Below, in pieces: positions 11,004-21,022 of a stretch of 64,000 bases of DNA. Each line of letters starts with the position of its first letter. Position 1 is the first letter of the stretch. A program made the translations under genes and the position numbers. A model generated the notes under the pieces. That model was not told the DNA's origin. It did no database searches and saw only the letters and a program-made list of their open reading frames with translations. The DNA lies in contig CAVPQB010000004.1 in assembly GCA_963707505.1 (NCBI GenBank), positions 352,001-416,000 on the forward strand, in the 5' to 3' direction. The stretch is from an uncultured Gemmatimonadales bacterium (GTDB lineage Bacteria > Gemmatimonadota > Gemmatimonadetes > Gemmatimonadales > Gemmatimonadaceae).

Positions 11004-12293
11004 ATGCACATCGCCGTCGACACACAGTCTAGCGTACTCGACGAGGAGCGTGATAGCGCCGAGCGGAAGTTGAATACCGTACGTGGCGTGGTGCTGCTCG
11101 TACTGGCGATCGCCGCTGCTGCATATGCTCCGGTTTTGCCACGCAGTCTCAATCTGGTGAATGCCGTGATTCTGACGCCGATGTTGGCGTGGACGGTGGG
11201 GCAGGCCTGGTTCTTTTATCGGCGTCCGGTACTGCCATCCTGGCTCTCGGTGCTGAATCCCATTGTGGACGTTGTGGCGGTGACGGTCACCATGGGCTCC
11301 TATGGAATAATCGCGACGCCAACGCTTGGTCTCAAGTCTCCGATGGTCCTCGCATACTTCGCGATACTTGCGGCGCGGCCGATTCTCTCTTCTGCGCGGC
11401 GCGCGGCGATTGTCGCGGTTTTCATTCTTGTTGCATATGCGTCGCTGGATTTCCTGTTTCTCGTGATCTATGGAGTTGCGATTGGCGATCCCATCTCCGC
11501 CAGCGGGACGGCATCGGTAGCCTTGCTGGATGAGGGTGCGAAGCTGGCCTTGCTTGCCGCCGCGGGCGGGATCGCGACGTATGCAACGTGGTGGCACGAG
11601 GGGCTCGCGCGTAGGTACGCGGCGCAGGCACAGGAGCAGGCTGTTCTCCAGATGCGGTTTGCTTCATCCCAGCTCGACAGCTTGCGCCAGCAGCTTCGTC
11701 CGCATTTTCTATTCAATGCACTAAATGCGATTACGGCGCTCGTGGACGCCGATCCGCCAGCCGCGCAGCGCATGATCTCCGGCCTGGGCGAGCTGATGCG
11801 CGTTTCACTGGATGCTGGCGGCGCGGAAGAGGTGCCGTTGCGAGACGAATTGCGCATACTCGACCACTATACAGCGATCCAGCGCATCCGGTTCGAGGAT
11901 CGGCTCACGATCGTAACCGATATCGACGACTCGATCGGTGACTCGCTCGTTCCGACCCTGATCCTGCAGCCACTGGTAGAGAACTCGATCCACTACGGGC
12001 TCGCGCTGTGCTCCACGCGTACTCGAATCGAGATTCGCGCACGGCGCGATGCGGACATTCTGGCGCTGGAGGTGGGCGACGACGGACCCGGTCTCAAGGG
12101 ACAATCCACCGACGGCATCGTCGAACGCATAGGTATCGGAAACGCCCGGGCGCGGTTGATGTATCTGTACGGTGACGCCCACTCATTTACGGTTGAGAGT
12201 CCGGAGCAGGGTGGGTTCCGGGTGTCGATGCGGATTCCGTATCACGTCCGGCAGATGAATCGTGGCGATTCGATGAATGCACACACAAAGTGA
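11004..12293 (+). CDS. LytS/YehU-family membrane sensor histidine kinase
   Basis: H-box 'QLRPHFLFNALN', 'LQPLVENSIHYG', 'DDGPG', 'IGIGN'; multi-pass hydrophobic N-terminus. Confidence 0.92.
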   Translation: MHIAVDTQSSVLDEERDSAERKLNTVRGVVLLVLAIAAAAYAPVLPRSLNLVNAVILTPMLAWTVGQAWFFYRRPVLPSWLSVLNPIVDVVAVTVTMGSYGIIATPTLGLKSPMVLAYFAILAARPILSSARRAAIVAVFILVAYASLDFLFLVIYGVAIGDPISASGTASVALLDEGAKLALLAAAGGIATYATWWHEGLARRYAAQAQEQAVLQMRFASSQLDSLRQQLRPHFLFNALNAITALVDADPPAAQRMISGLGELMRVSLDAGGAEEVPLRDELRILDHYTAIQRIRFEDRLTIVTDIDDSIGDSLVPTLILQPLVENSIHYGLALCSTRTRIEIRARRDADILALEVGDDGPGLKGQSTDGIVERIGIGNARARLMYLYGDAHSFTVESPEQGGFRVSMRIPYHVRQMNRGDSMNAHTK

Positions 12294-13074
12294 GGATCCA
12301 GTGAATCGAGCCCCTGTTCAGGTATTGATCGTGGATGATGAGCCGCTTGCGCGCCGTCATCTGCGCACCATTCTGGAATCTGACAACGATGTCGTCATCG
12401 TGGGCGATGCGTCGAACGGACGGGAAGCCGTTCAGATGATTTCGCGGCTGGCACCGGATGTCGTCCTCCTGGATGTTCAGATGCCGGAGATCGATGGATT
12501 CAGCGTGGTCGCGCAGCTCGATCCGGCGCACATCCCGGTGATCATTTTTGTCACTGCGCATGACTCGTATGCGCTCAAGGCGTTCGACGTGCATGCTGTG
12601 GATTATGTGCTCAAGCCGGTCGCGCGCGATCGTCTAATGCAGGCCGTCGCCCGCGCGAAGACGCGTCTGGCGTCATCCGATGGCTCGTCGCACGTCGAGA
12701 ATCTCAGGAAGTTCGTCGAGGAGATGAAGACGTCGCGTGATGCTGAGCGGCTTGCGATCCGTCTCGATGGGAAGCACGTGCTTCTCCCTACCGACTCCAT
12801 AGACTGGATCGAGGCGGTGGACGACTACGTGAGAATCCACATGGGCAAGGCGTCCCACCTCGTGCGCGGGACGCTCACATCGTTCCAGGATCGGCTCCCC
12901 TCGCTGTTCATGCGCATTCATCGGTCTGCAATCGTGAACACGACGCGCATCAAGGAAGTGTTTCCGAACGAGCAGGGCGATTACCGGATCATTCTCCAGG
13001 ATGGAACTCGACTCCCGTCGGGGAGAAGTTATCGGACTGCGGTCGCCGAGTTTTTGCGGTCACTGACCGTGTAG
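12277..13074 (+). CDS. LytTR-family response regulator
   Basis: REC domain 'IVDDEPLAR..LDVQMP..VTAH..YVLKP' plus LytTR domain 'FMRIHRSAIVN'; start could be GTG at 12301. Confidence 0.93.
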   Translation: MHTQSEDPVNRAPVQVLIVDDEPLARRHLRTILESDNDVVIVGDASNGREAVQMISRLAPDVVLLDVQMPEIDGFSVVAQLDPAHIPVIIFVTAHDSYALKAFDVHAVDYVLKPVARDRLMQAVARAKTRLASSDGSSHVENLRKFVEEMKTSRDAERLAIRLDGKHVLLPTDSIDWIEAVDDYVRIHMGKASHLVRGTLTSFQDRLPSLFMRIHRSAIVNTTRIKEVFPNEQGDYRIILQDGTRLPSGRSYRTAVAEFLRSLTV

Positions 13075-13079
13075 CGTCG

Positions 13080-13121
13080 GCCTCCACCGCTTGAACGCTG
13101 CGCTTCGCCGCAAGCGGGCTG
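13080..13121 (+). promoter_or_regulatory. 21-bp-period direct repeat, probable LytTR site
   Basis: GCCTCCACCGCTTGAACGCTG / CGCTTCGCCGCAAGCGGGCTG, with a core similar to the 10898-10950 repeats. Confidence 0.5.
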
Positions 13122-13154
13122 TGTGTGCCAGTCGTGCGCGGCGAGGTTCCCTCC

Positions 13155-13544
13155 ATGAACATCATCTCATCTGTTGTGGTCGCGACGGCCATCATGGCGG
13201 CAGCTGGCTGCGGTGGCTCGGGCGGGTACGGCACTTCGCCGACCTCTCCGAGCAATCCTGGAACCCCGTCAGCAACGTGCACGCCAGGTAATGGCACTGT
13301 CTGCCTCGTATCTAGCAACGCGTTCAATCCATCGCAGGTTACGATCGCCGCCGGAAGCAGCATCACGTTCAACAACACATCCGGCACCACCCACAACGTG
13401 ACGTTCACTACAGCCGGCGCACCGGCCAACGTTGCCGACTTTGCGTCGGGCACACGCGGCGTGACGTTCCCGACTGCTGGAACCTACAACTATCACTGCA
13501 CCATTCATGGCTTGAGCATGAGCGGCGTCGTGGTCGTTCAGTGA
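13155..13544 (+). CDS. plastocyanin/azurin-like cupredoxin lipoprotein
   Basis: Lipobox 'AAGC'; type-1 copper ligands H(NV)...C-T-I-H-G-L-S-M; GAGG RBS. Confidence 0.85.
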   Translation: MNIISSVVVATAIMAAAGCGGSGGYGTSPTSPSNPGTPSATCTPGNGTVCLVSSNAFNPSQVTIAAGSSITFNNTSGTTHNVTFTTAGAPANVADFASGTRGVTFPTAGTYNYHCTIHGLSMSGVVVVQ

Positions 13545-13567
13545 CGCGTTCGCACGGAGGTCGGTGA

Positions 13568-14092
13568 GTGGAAAGCAAGACCAAGCTACTTGGGCATCCG
13601 GCGCACCAGATCGTTGTGTCCTTTCCGATGGGCCTGCTCGCCACGGCCGCGCTGTTCGACGCCGTTTACGTAGTTCATGGTGGACAGACGTGGGCGCTCG
13701 TCGCGTTCTACATGATCGGCGCGGGCGTTGTCGGCGGGCTAATCGCAGCCATATTCGGCCTGATCGACTACCTGGCGATACCGTCGGGAACCAGGGCCAA
13801 GCGCATTGGCGGATTTCACGGTCTGAGCAGCGTGACGCTGGTCACGCTCTTTCTGGTGAGTTGGCTGTTGCGGCTCGATGGCCCAACTGCGCCGGAGCCA
13901 CTTGCGCTTCTCTTCTCATTCAGCGGCGTTGCATTCCTCGGCCTGGCGGGCTGGCTCGGCGGCGAGTTGCTCAACCGTATGGGTGTGGGAATCGACGACG
14001 GCGCGCATCTCAACGCGCAAAGCTCGCTCAACGGTCCGGCCGCGCTCGGTGCGACGCTACGAGGGCCCGAGTCGGCACACGTGGACCGCTGA
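13568..14092 (+). CDS. DUF2231 family membrane protein
   Basis: 'GHPAHQIVVSFPMG', 'GLIDYL', conserved H, 'GWLGGEL...GVG'; GGAGG RBS with GTG start. Confidence 0.85.
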   Translation: MESKTKLLGHPAHQIVVSFPMGLLATAALFDAVYVVHGGQTWALVAFYMIGAGVVGGLIAAIFGLIDYLAIPSGTRAKRIGGFHGLSSVTLVTLFLVSWLLRLDGPTAPEPLALLFSFSGVAFLGLAGWLGGELLNRMGVGIDDGAHLNAQSSLNGPAALGATLRGPESAHVDR

Positions 14093-14094
14093 GA

Positions 14095-17000
14095 TCAGTA
14101 GCGCCACTGACGCACCAGGAACAATCCGAAGGCGCTGGTCGTGTGGGGCGTCTGATCGGGAGAAAGCGATGGTTGGCTTAGCAGATAACGCGGCTCGAAG
14201 CTGGCATCGATCTGATATCCGGACCGCGTGTTGAAGCGATGCGTGATCTGGAAGCCCGGCCGCTGTAATGACGCGGGATCGGGCCGGACCTGAAGCTGCA
14301 GGAATGTGTTCGTCTGGATGTACTTGGCGAACTCTACCTGCGTCGCGCGAAGAAAGCTGCCCGCGTCGAGCGACACGTCGGCGGGCGTGATGTTGAAGAA
14401 GTCGGCGCCGAGTGATCGCGCAGCCGTGCCGGCCGCCTGATCGGTGAGTGCGCCGAGCGCCGCGGCCCCTACCTGTTTGGCGGCAAAGGCGGCGCCTGCA
14501 CCCACGATGTTGCTGCCGCCACTCCCACCCGTTGTCAGGCCGCCACCCTCCTGCTGAAGCAACGACGAAGAAGAACGCCCGAACGCCAGATAGCTGAGCA
14601 AGTCAGTCTGCGAGATCGGCGGCTGCGCATCGCTTTCGAGCGATATCTTCGGAGCGTCCAGTGTCCCCGAGATGACGATCCGGATTGCTATTGCTTCACG
14701 GGTCGGAAGCTGGACATCATACTCGCCCGTCACCTGTAGCGTCGGGTTGAGCTTCGGCGAGTTGATGAACGTGGCCGAGCCCTGACGGATCTGGAAACGG
14801 CGGCTCTGGAAACGGTACTCGCCCCTGTCGCTCAACAACACACCGTCCACCAGGAAGGTTTGTTTCGCACGGTTGACTCCGATCCGGAGCGGGTTGTCCG
14901 TGTACACTTCCACGTTCGCCTCGTTTGAGCGCACGAACACGTCCCGGTCGACCATCAATGCGACGTTCATGCGCAGATTTGCCAGCAGCGGCGACTGGCT
15001 TGGAAACAGCTCACGGACGCTTGTGTTGCTCGTATCCGCCACGGCGTACAGTGCAGGGTCGCCTGCTCCAACGAGCGTCTTTCCCGTCGATTCGGGTATG
15101 TAGATTACGCCGCGAAGCAGATGTGCGAATCCAGTGACGTCAACGTTGTTGAACGGTCCGTTCACGCTCACGTTGGCATTGGCAAACAGGTTTCCGGTAT
15201 CGTTGTCGATGACGCGCGCGTCGTTGGCCGTCAGCTTGAGCGCGAACGATGGCTGAGTCAGCGTCTTGATGCCGATCCCGCCGGTAAGTCGGATCACACC
15301 GTTGCTGTGTGCGACGAGCGAGTCGACGATCACGGTGTCCTGCACGAGCCGGATATTGCCCGCGACGTAGCTGGCCGTCACACCGAGCGGCGCGAGGCGT
15401 GCGCTGCCATTCCACAGCGTGACCCGACCGTTCACGTTTGGGTGGTCGACGGTGCCTGTGACCGTGAATTTCGCGAGCGCGCGTCCTTTGAGATTCGTCA
15501 CCGCGTCGCTCAGTGACGGAATCGAATCAAGTGGCAGCGAGTCGGCGTCGATGGTTGCGTCGATCGCACGATCGTGAGGTATGCGCGAACCGGTCACACC
15601 AGCAAGTGCGAGATTGATCGGTACCGTTCCGCGCGCAACCAGCATCGGTGCCTTGCCTTCACGGCCTGCGGTGATGTTCGTCTGCAACGTTGCATCAGCG
15701 TACTTGACGCGACCGTGTACTTCCGGTGTCGCGCGGCCCTTGTATACGAGGCGCTCGAGACCGAATGCACCGTCGATCGCCGGCGATGCACGAGTTCCTC
15801 GCATGCGTGCGTCGACCGACACGAGGCCGCGCGCATCAACGTCGCTCTGCAGCAGGGCTGCGATGTTGCCGATCTCGAATTGCGTTACGTGCAGCTCCAG
15901 ATCCATGTCGCCGTGTACCGGGATCCTGCCATTGACGTACACGCGTCCGCCAGAGGCGCTCTTGACCTCGAAGTGCTCGATCGATGTTTCCGTCGAATCG
16001 AAATGGATCTTTGCGGGTCCCGTACTGGCATATACAGTGGTATCGAACTTGAGACGCAGCTGGTCGAGCATCAGGTCATCGCGGTCGTTGTCGAGTGTGA
16101 ACTGGGCATTAGCGTTGTAAACCCGGTTCGAATCCTGACGAATGTCGAGGGTAAGGTTTCCGTTGGGCCTGGCATACGAGCTGGTGAGCGCAACAGTGTC
16201 GAGTGCGAACCCGAGCGCCAGAACGTCGACCGCACTGGCCTGGGCACTCACGCGAGAGTGCGGTGTGAGCGCACCGTTCCATGTGTAGTTTGCGCGAATC
16301 GCGTGTGCAGCGCTTCCGAACGCGACGAGGTCGGTTCCGGTCGCCGAGCCTGCCATGTCGAATGTGTGGATGTTGCCGGTGGCTGTGCCTTTCGCCACGA
16401 TCGACCCCCGTAGAGCGTTGCGCGGGATGGCCTTTGGCGTATCGACAGGAAATGCCGGAACCGTCTTCCCCGTGACGGCTCGCTCGGTGAGCGTCGCTCT
16501 GACGATCTTCGCACGCGCCGAGTCGGCGCGCGCGATTCGTTGCGCGAGGATGGCAGGCCTCGGTGCCACGGCGCCGGTATCGGCTGGAGGTAGAAGCCGC
16601 GACAGCGCGCCGAGGGAGTCGATCGACACACCGTAGCTGAGCTTTCCGGTAGAGCCTGCAACGAGACCGAACTGACCCGACGCGTTCGCGTAGCCGTGCG
16701 GGACGTGAACGGTGAGGGTATCGACGGTCAGGAGGCCATTCGCAGCTGCTACTCGTACAGTCGCGGAATCAACTGTGACGCTGTCATATGTGGATGTCTG
16801 CACGTTCGCAGTTGCCGTCGCATTCAAGGTTGCCGGATCGAAGCCGGCGCCGCGAGCCGCAACGTTGGCTGTGAGCAAGGATGCGGGTGCCTTGCTGCTG
16901 ATCTGGCTGGCGTCGAACAGGTGAGCGGTGAGGTTTAGATCGTAACCCTGCGGGCGAGACGCGAGATCTACCGTGCCATGTGCGACGACCGTTCCCCCGT

Positions 17001-18672
17001 CGGGCGTCGTCAGATCCGCGGCGACAGCGAGATTCTGCATCGGTCCCGTCGCGGAAATCGGACCGGTGACCGTGCCGCGGAGCCCAGCCGCCGGCACGAA
17101 CTTGCCGGCCGTGGCGAGCGAGAGCGGTAGAAGCTGCAGATTCGCATTGATGAGCGGCACCCGATTGCCGCGGGCGTAGGTCCCGCTGCCGGTAACGTGC
17201 GATTCGCCAGTCACGTCGTTGTGGATGAGGTCGCCAGTTGCAGTGAGGCGTGTTGCGCTCGAGCCGTTCAGCACCGCCTTGCCGGTAATCGTGCCGCCGA
17301 TCGGAAGAGTCGGGTCGACTGCACGCGCGAGTGCCACGTTCAGTGGCGCGAACGTCAGATGCAGATCGGTCGCTCGCACGACGCCCTTGCTCGCGCCAAC
17401 GGTGCCGATCGCGACGACGCGGCTCGTGCCGGTGCGCGGATCCTGGAATGCAACATCCCCGTCGATGCGCATTGCACCGAAGCCGCCGCGCGCAGCCATG
17501 CGGCCAGTGAGATAGCCCTGGCGTGGTGATACGATCGTCGGAAACAGTTGCTGGATGGTGCGCGTGTCGAGATGGTTGAAGCGCAGGTTGGTATCGTGAA
17601 ACGCGATCGTATCGGTAACGAAAGTGCCGAGACTTCCAGACATGGTAGCGCCAGCAACCGCGAGTGAAGCATTCGTCGCGAGATAGTCGCTCGTTGGTCC
17701 TACCCAGTCGAGCGCGAAGTCCAGCTTGCCCGATCCGTCCTTGGGTATGCTCGGGTCGATCCACAAAAGGTCGTTCGTGGCCACGGTGTCCGCGTGCAAC
17801 CGAAGTCTCAGGTCGTTGCTGTCGAAATTGTAGCGTCCTGTGCCGTTCGAGAGCGCGGAGCTCGCGAGCGTTGCGTTGATACCGTGGAAGTACAACGAAT
17901 CGGCAAGCAGAATAAAACGTCCCTTTACGTCGGTCACCCGTACCGGCGGCGGCCGGAGCGGCTCCGCGGTCATGCGCAGTGACGACACATCGACGATCTG
18001 ACGACGATCGGTCGGGTCTTCGAGTCGCATCAACGGAAACGTTCCGTAGATGTTCCTGAACTGCGATGTCTTCTGGAATCCGCCGGCGACGCGCTGCACA
18101 TTGAGCCGCGCGAGCGGGCTGAGCGTGAACCGTATGACGCTGTCTCTTTTGGTTCCTTTCAGTGTATCGTTCGGCGCCCATGGACTTCGCGCCGTGACTT
18201 CGCCATCCACAATCGTCACGTTGCGCAGTGTGATCCATGACAGAAAGCCCGGCGGGCCCGGTGGCAGGGTCGTGTCGCGCGGAAAGATCCTGTCGTAATT
18301 CCACTTGCCACCGGGCATCCGGTCCAGCACAATGACGGGATGCACGACACGAACATGGTCCAGGTATATGCGCTTGTTGATCAGATCGCCGATTCCGTAA
18401 CTGGCGACTACGGTATCGGCCTTGACGAATGGAGCGTGAGCGCTGTCCGTGATGGTAAGACCGACGATAGTCGCGCCATTCAAAAGGTTGCCGTCGATCC
18501 GGTCTACGGTCACGTATCCGTGCGCCGCGTGCTTTATGAGGCCGATCACGTAACCGCCAACTTTCTTCCTGCCCCAATCCGTTTGCGTGGCGATAAGCAC
18601 CGCACCGGCGATCAGCACCGCCAGCCCGACGAGAGCACCCACCGTGGCAGCAGCGACGGTGCGCTTCCGCAT
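14095..18672 (-). CDS. tamB: translocation/assembly module TamB
   Basis: 1525 aa, N-terminal membrane anchor, beta-taco repeats, C-terminal DUF490-like region ('SGTLDAPKISLESDAQPP...LSYLAFGR'); directly after a TamA-like gene. Confidence 0.85.
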   Translation of the reverse strand: MRKRTVAAATVGALVGLAVLIAGAVLIATQTDWGRKKVGGYVIGLIKHAAHGYVTVDRIDGNLLNGATIVGLTITDSAHAPFVKADTVVASYGIGDLINKRIYLDHVRVVHPVIVLDRMPGGKWNYDRIFPRDTTLPPGPPGFLSWITLRNVTIVDGEVTARSPWAPNDTLKGTKRDSVIRFTLSPLARLNVQRVAGGFQKTSQFRNIYGTFPLMRLEDPTDRRQIVDVSSLRMTAEPLRPPPVRVTDVKGRFILLADSLYFHGINATLASSALSNGTGRYNFDSNDLRLRLHADTVATNDLLWIDPSIPKDGSGKLDFALDWVGPTSDYLATNASLAVAGATMSGSLGTFVTDTIAFHDTNLRFNHLDTRTIQQLFPTIVSPRQGYLTGRMAARGGFGAMRIDGDVAFQDPRTGTSRVVAIGTVGASKGVVRATDLHLTFAPLNVALARAVDPTLPIGGTITGKAVLNGSSATRLTATGDLIHNDVTGESHVTGSGTYARGNRVPLINANLQLLPLSLATAGKFVPAAGLRGTVTGPISATGPMQNLAVAADLTTPDGGTVVAHGTVDLASRPQGYDLNLTAHLFDASQISSKAPASLLTANVAARGAGFDPATLNATATANVQTSTYDSVTVDSATVRVAAANGLLTVDTLTVHVPHGYANASGQFGLVAGSTGKLSYGVSIDSLGALSRLLPPADTGAVAPRPAILAQRIARADSARAKIVRATLTERAVTGKTVPAFPVDTPKAIPRNALRGSIVAKGTATGNIHTFDMAGSATGTDLVAFGSAAHAIRANYTWNGALTPHSRVSAQASAVDVLALGFALDTVALTSSYARPNGNLTLDIRQDSNRVYNANAQFTLDNDRDDLMLDQLRLKFDTTVYASTGPAKIHFDSTETSIEHFEVKSASGGRVYVNGRIPVHGDMDLELHVTQFEIGNIAALLQSDVDARGLVSVDARMRGTRASPAIDGAFGLERLVYKGRATPEVHGRVKYADATLQTNITAGREGKAPMLVARGTVPINLALAGVTGSRIPHDRAIDATIDADSLPLDSIPSLSDAVTNLKGRALAKFTVTGTVDHPNVNGRVTLWNGSARLAPLGVTASYVAGNIRLVQDTVIVDSLVAHSNGVIRLTGGIGIKTLTQPSFALKLTANDARVIDNDTGNLFANANVSVNGPFNNVDVTGFAHLLRGVIYIPESTGKTLVGAGDPALYAVADTSNTSVRELFPSQSPLLANLRMNVALMVDRDVFVRSNEANVEVYTDNPLRIGVNRAKQTFLVDGVLLSDRGEYRFQSRRFQIRQGSATFINSPKLNPTLQVTGEYDVQLPTREAIAIRIVISGTLDAPKISLESDAQPPISQTDLLSYLAFGRSSSSLLQQEGGGLTTGGSGGSNIVGAGAAFAAKQVGAAALGALTDQAAGTAARSLGADFFNITPADVSLDAGSFLRATQVEFAKYIQTNTFLQLQVRPDPASLQRPGFQITHRFNTRSGYQIDASFEPRYLLSQPSLSPDQTPHTTSAFGLFLVRQWRY

Positions 18673-20920
18673 CTAGAACGCCTCTCCGATCGACAGGTGC
18701 AGCGTCAGGCGTGAGAGTAGCGAGTTGAGACCACCGCTTCCATGTGTCGGTGAATACACGCGCGATTGATCGAGCGTGACGAGCCCTCTTCCGCCGCTTG
18801 CCACGTCTTCAGTGACGACGGGTAGCGTCTCGCTCGTTTCCGGATCGAGGCCAACATCGATGCGAACCGGTCCGACCGGTGACAGGTAGCGTACGCCGAT
18901 ACCCGGGGTGATCGCGGCCTTGCTCCTGGGCAATCCCGGACTCGTATTCTGCGCGAGGTACGCCGCGTCGACGAATGTAGCGCCGATGAGCGATGCGAAT
19001 AGCGGAAAACGGAACTCCAGACTCCCCTCGATGAGGCGATTGCCGCCAAGCGGCCGCGGCACGAAATCGCGATCGCGAAACAGCGCCGCGTTTGGATTGC
19101 ACTTCGTGATCGTGGCCGCTCTGCACTCTGCGTTGGCGGAGTCATCTGCCAGCAGCTTTGCCGCCGGCACCGTAAGTACGCGCGGGCCGAGCTGTCCTTC
19201 AGGATAGCCGCGCACGGATTGCGACCCGCCGGCGTAGAATCTCTTGCGTGGATGCAGGATAGCCGTCGCATCCAGCGCGCCGCTTGCGGCTCCCACGGCT
19301 TCCGTGGTGCTTGCCAGCGCGCCGATCATGCCCACCCTCACGTGGCCGGCCAGCACCGAGCGACGAGTGATTGGTAGAAATAGCGCAAAATCACCGCCGC
19401 CGCGATTGTATCTGAAATCAGAAGCAGTATACGACGACGCGTGCTCGAGATCGAACTGCGTCCGGTATCCACGCCGCGGCTCGAACGGATTGTCGGTCCT
19501 GTCCAGCGAGAAGCTCAACGCGAGTGGAGATAACCGTTGTTTTCTCTCCAGTGCAACGAGCGTTGCCGCGTCACAGACGCCATAGTTGACGCAAAAGTAC
19601 ACGTCGCCGGCCTGCACGGTCGTCTCCTCGAACCGGTAGTTGAGACTGAGCGGCCCGCGCGGCGTGAGTGTGCGCGTGAACGTCGCACTCAGACCGTAAC
19701 CCTTGTCGATGTATATGCCCGGCGCGCTTCGGCGGTGAGCGAAGACTCCGAACGCAGCCTCGTTGTTCGGCGATCCGAACCACGGATATCTCACATCCGC
19801 GCTGGCAGTGTATGTGGGAGCAAGATACTGTGACTCGGAACCTCCGATTACAGTCTTGCCGACGTCGTAGAACACGCCGTTTCCGTTCAACGTGTGAGCG
19901 AACAGATTTCCTACGGCCGCATCGATGGTCAGCCGCTTGGCGCCACTCAGCCAGTTGTAATCCGCATAGTGGCCTTCGACCTGCACGAAATCGACGGTGT
20001 TGAAGCCCGCGCTGTAGCGTGCGTCGTGCGGCGGTGCTTCCTGAACGTCGATGAGCACATGCTTGAGCGAGTCATCCGTCGTTGGCACCTCGATCGCCGC
20101 GCGCCGGAAGAGATTCGACTCGTACAGCGCGCGCTGGCTCGCCAGCACGTCCGACTGCTTGTACAGGCCGCCGGGCTTGAACGACAGCGACTTCTTGATG
20201 GTGCGATCGCTGACGCCCTTGCTTCCCTTGATTGTTATGGTCGCGACGCGTGCACGCCATCGTGGATTCGCCTTGATCGTGATGTCGGCCGTCCTGGCGA
20301 CGGTGTCGAGCACGACCGTGGTATCGATCACTGCATCGGAGTAACCTCGATTCCACAGCCGCGAATCCAGCGCCGCAATCGTCGAATCCAGCTCGATCAG
20401 ACTGTACGGCCGCCCCTTATTCAGAACGAGAACGCGGCGCAGCTGCCTTCTGGATAGCACATTGGTATCCTGCACTATGCTGATTCCCGACACCATCGTC
20501 GGCTTTCCCTCGTTCACCGCGATCGTGACGTGCACCGCATTCCTGCCGGTCCGTAACGACCGTAGTGTCCACCTGCGCTTCGCGATATCCGCGCTTGAAA
20601 TAGAACACCATCACCCGCAGCATATCCCGCGCGAGCTCGGCGCGATTCAGCGTAACCCGCTTGTAGAACGTCGGCGATTTGCTGAAGATGCAGACCGGCC
20701 TCAGCAGGACTGATACGCAGTGCGACTCATCTGTCGCAATATTGAGGCGTAGCTCGTCCGGATCGACCGCATGCACGCCCTTGAGCGTCAGTTCGGTGAT
20801 TTCGGGATTGCCAGATGACGGCCGCGGAGCCTGTCCCAGGAGCGGAGCGGCCGCGATCACCAGCGACGCGACAGCTGCTGCGGCGACCCGGGTCGATCGC
20901 CGCACAAGTGGAGGAACCAT
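18673..20920 (-). CDS. tamA: BamA/TamA (Omp85) outer-membrane protein, frameshift near 20547
   Basis: POTRA repeats, 'FYAGGSQSVRGY', 'GIGVRYLSPVGPVRIDVG', C-terminal 'SIGEAF'. Confidence 0.85.
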
Positions 20921-21022
20921 GCCCGCGAAAGAGCAAGGCCCGGGCCGCGGGGCGCGTGTGTTTTTCCAGCCGCCATGGCTCCGCATCCCGGGCCGGACGA
21001 GCTTACGGGCGCAATTGCGAGA

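Noticed and set aside
16784..18577. 597-aa alternative-frame ORF inside tamB
   Set aside because: Arg-rich off-frame translation typical of GC-rich coding DNA, with no domain signature.
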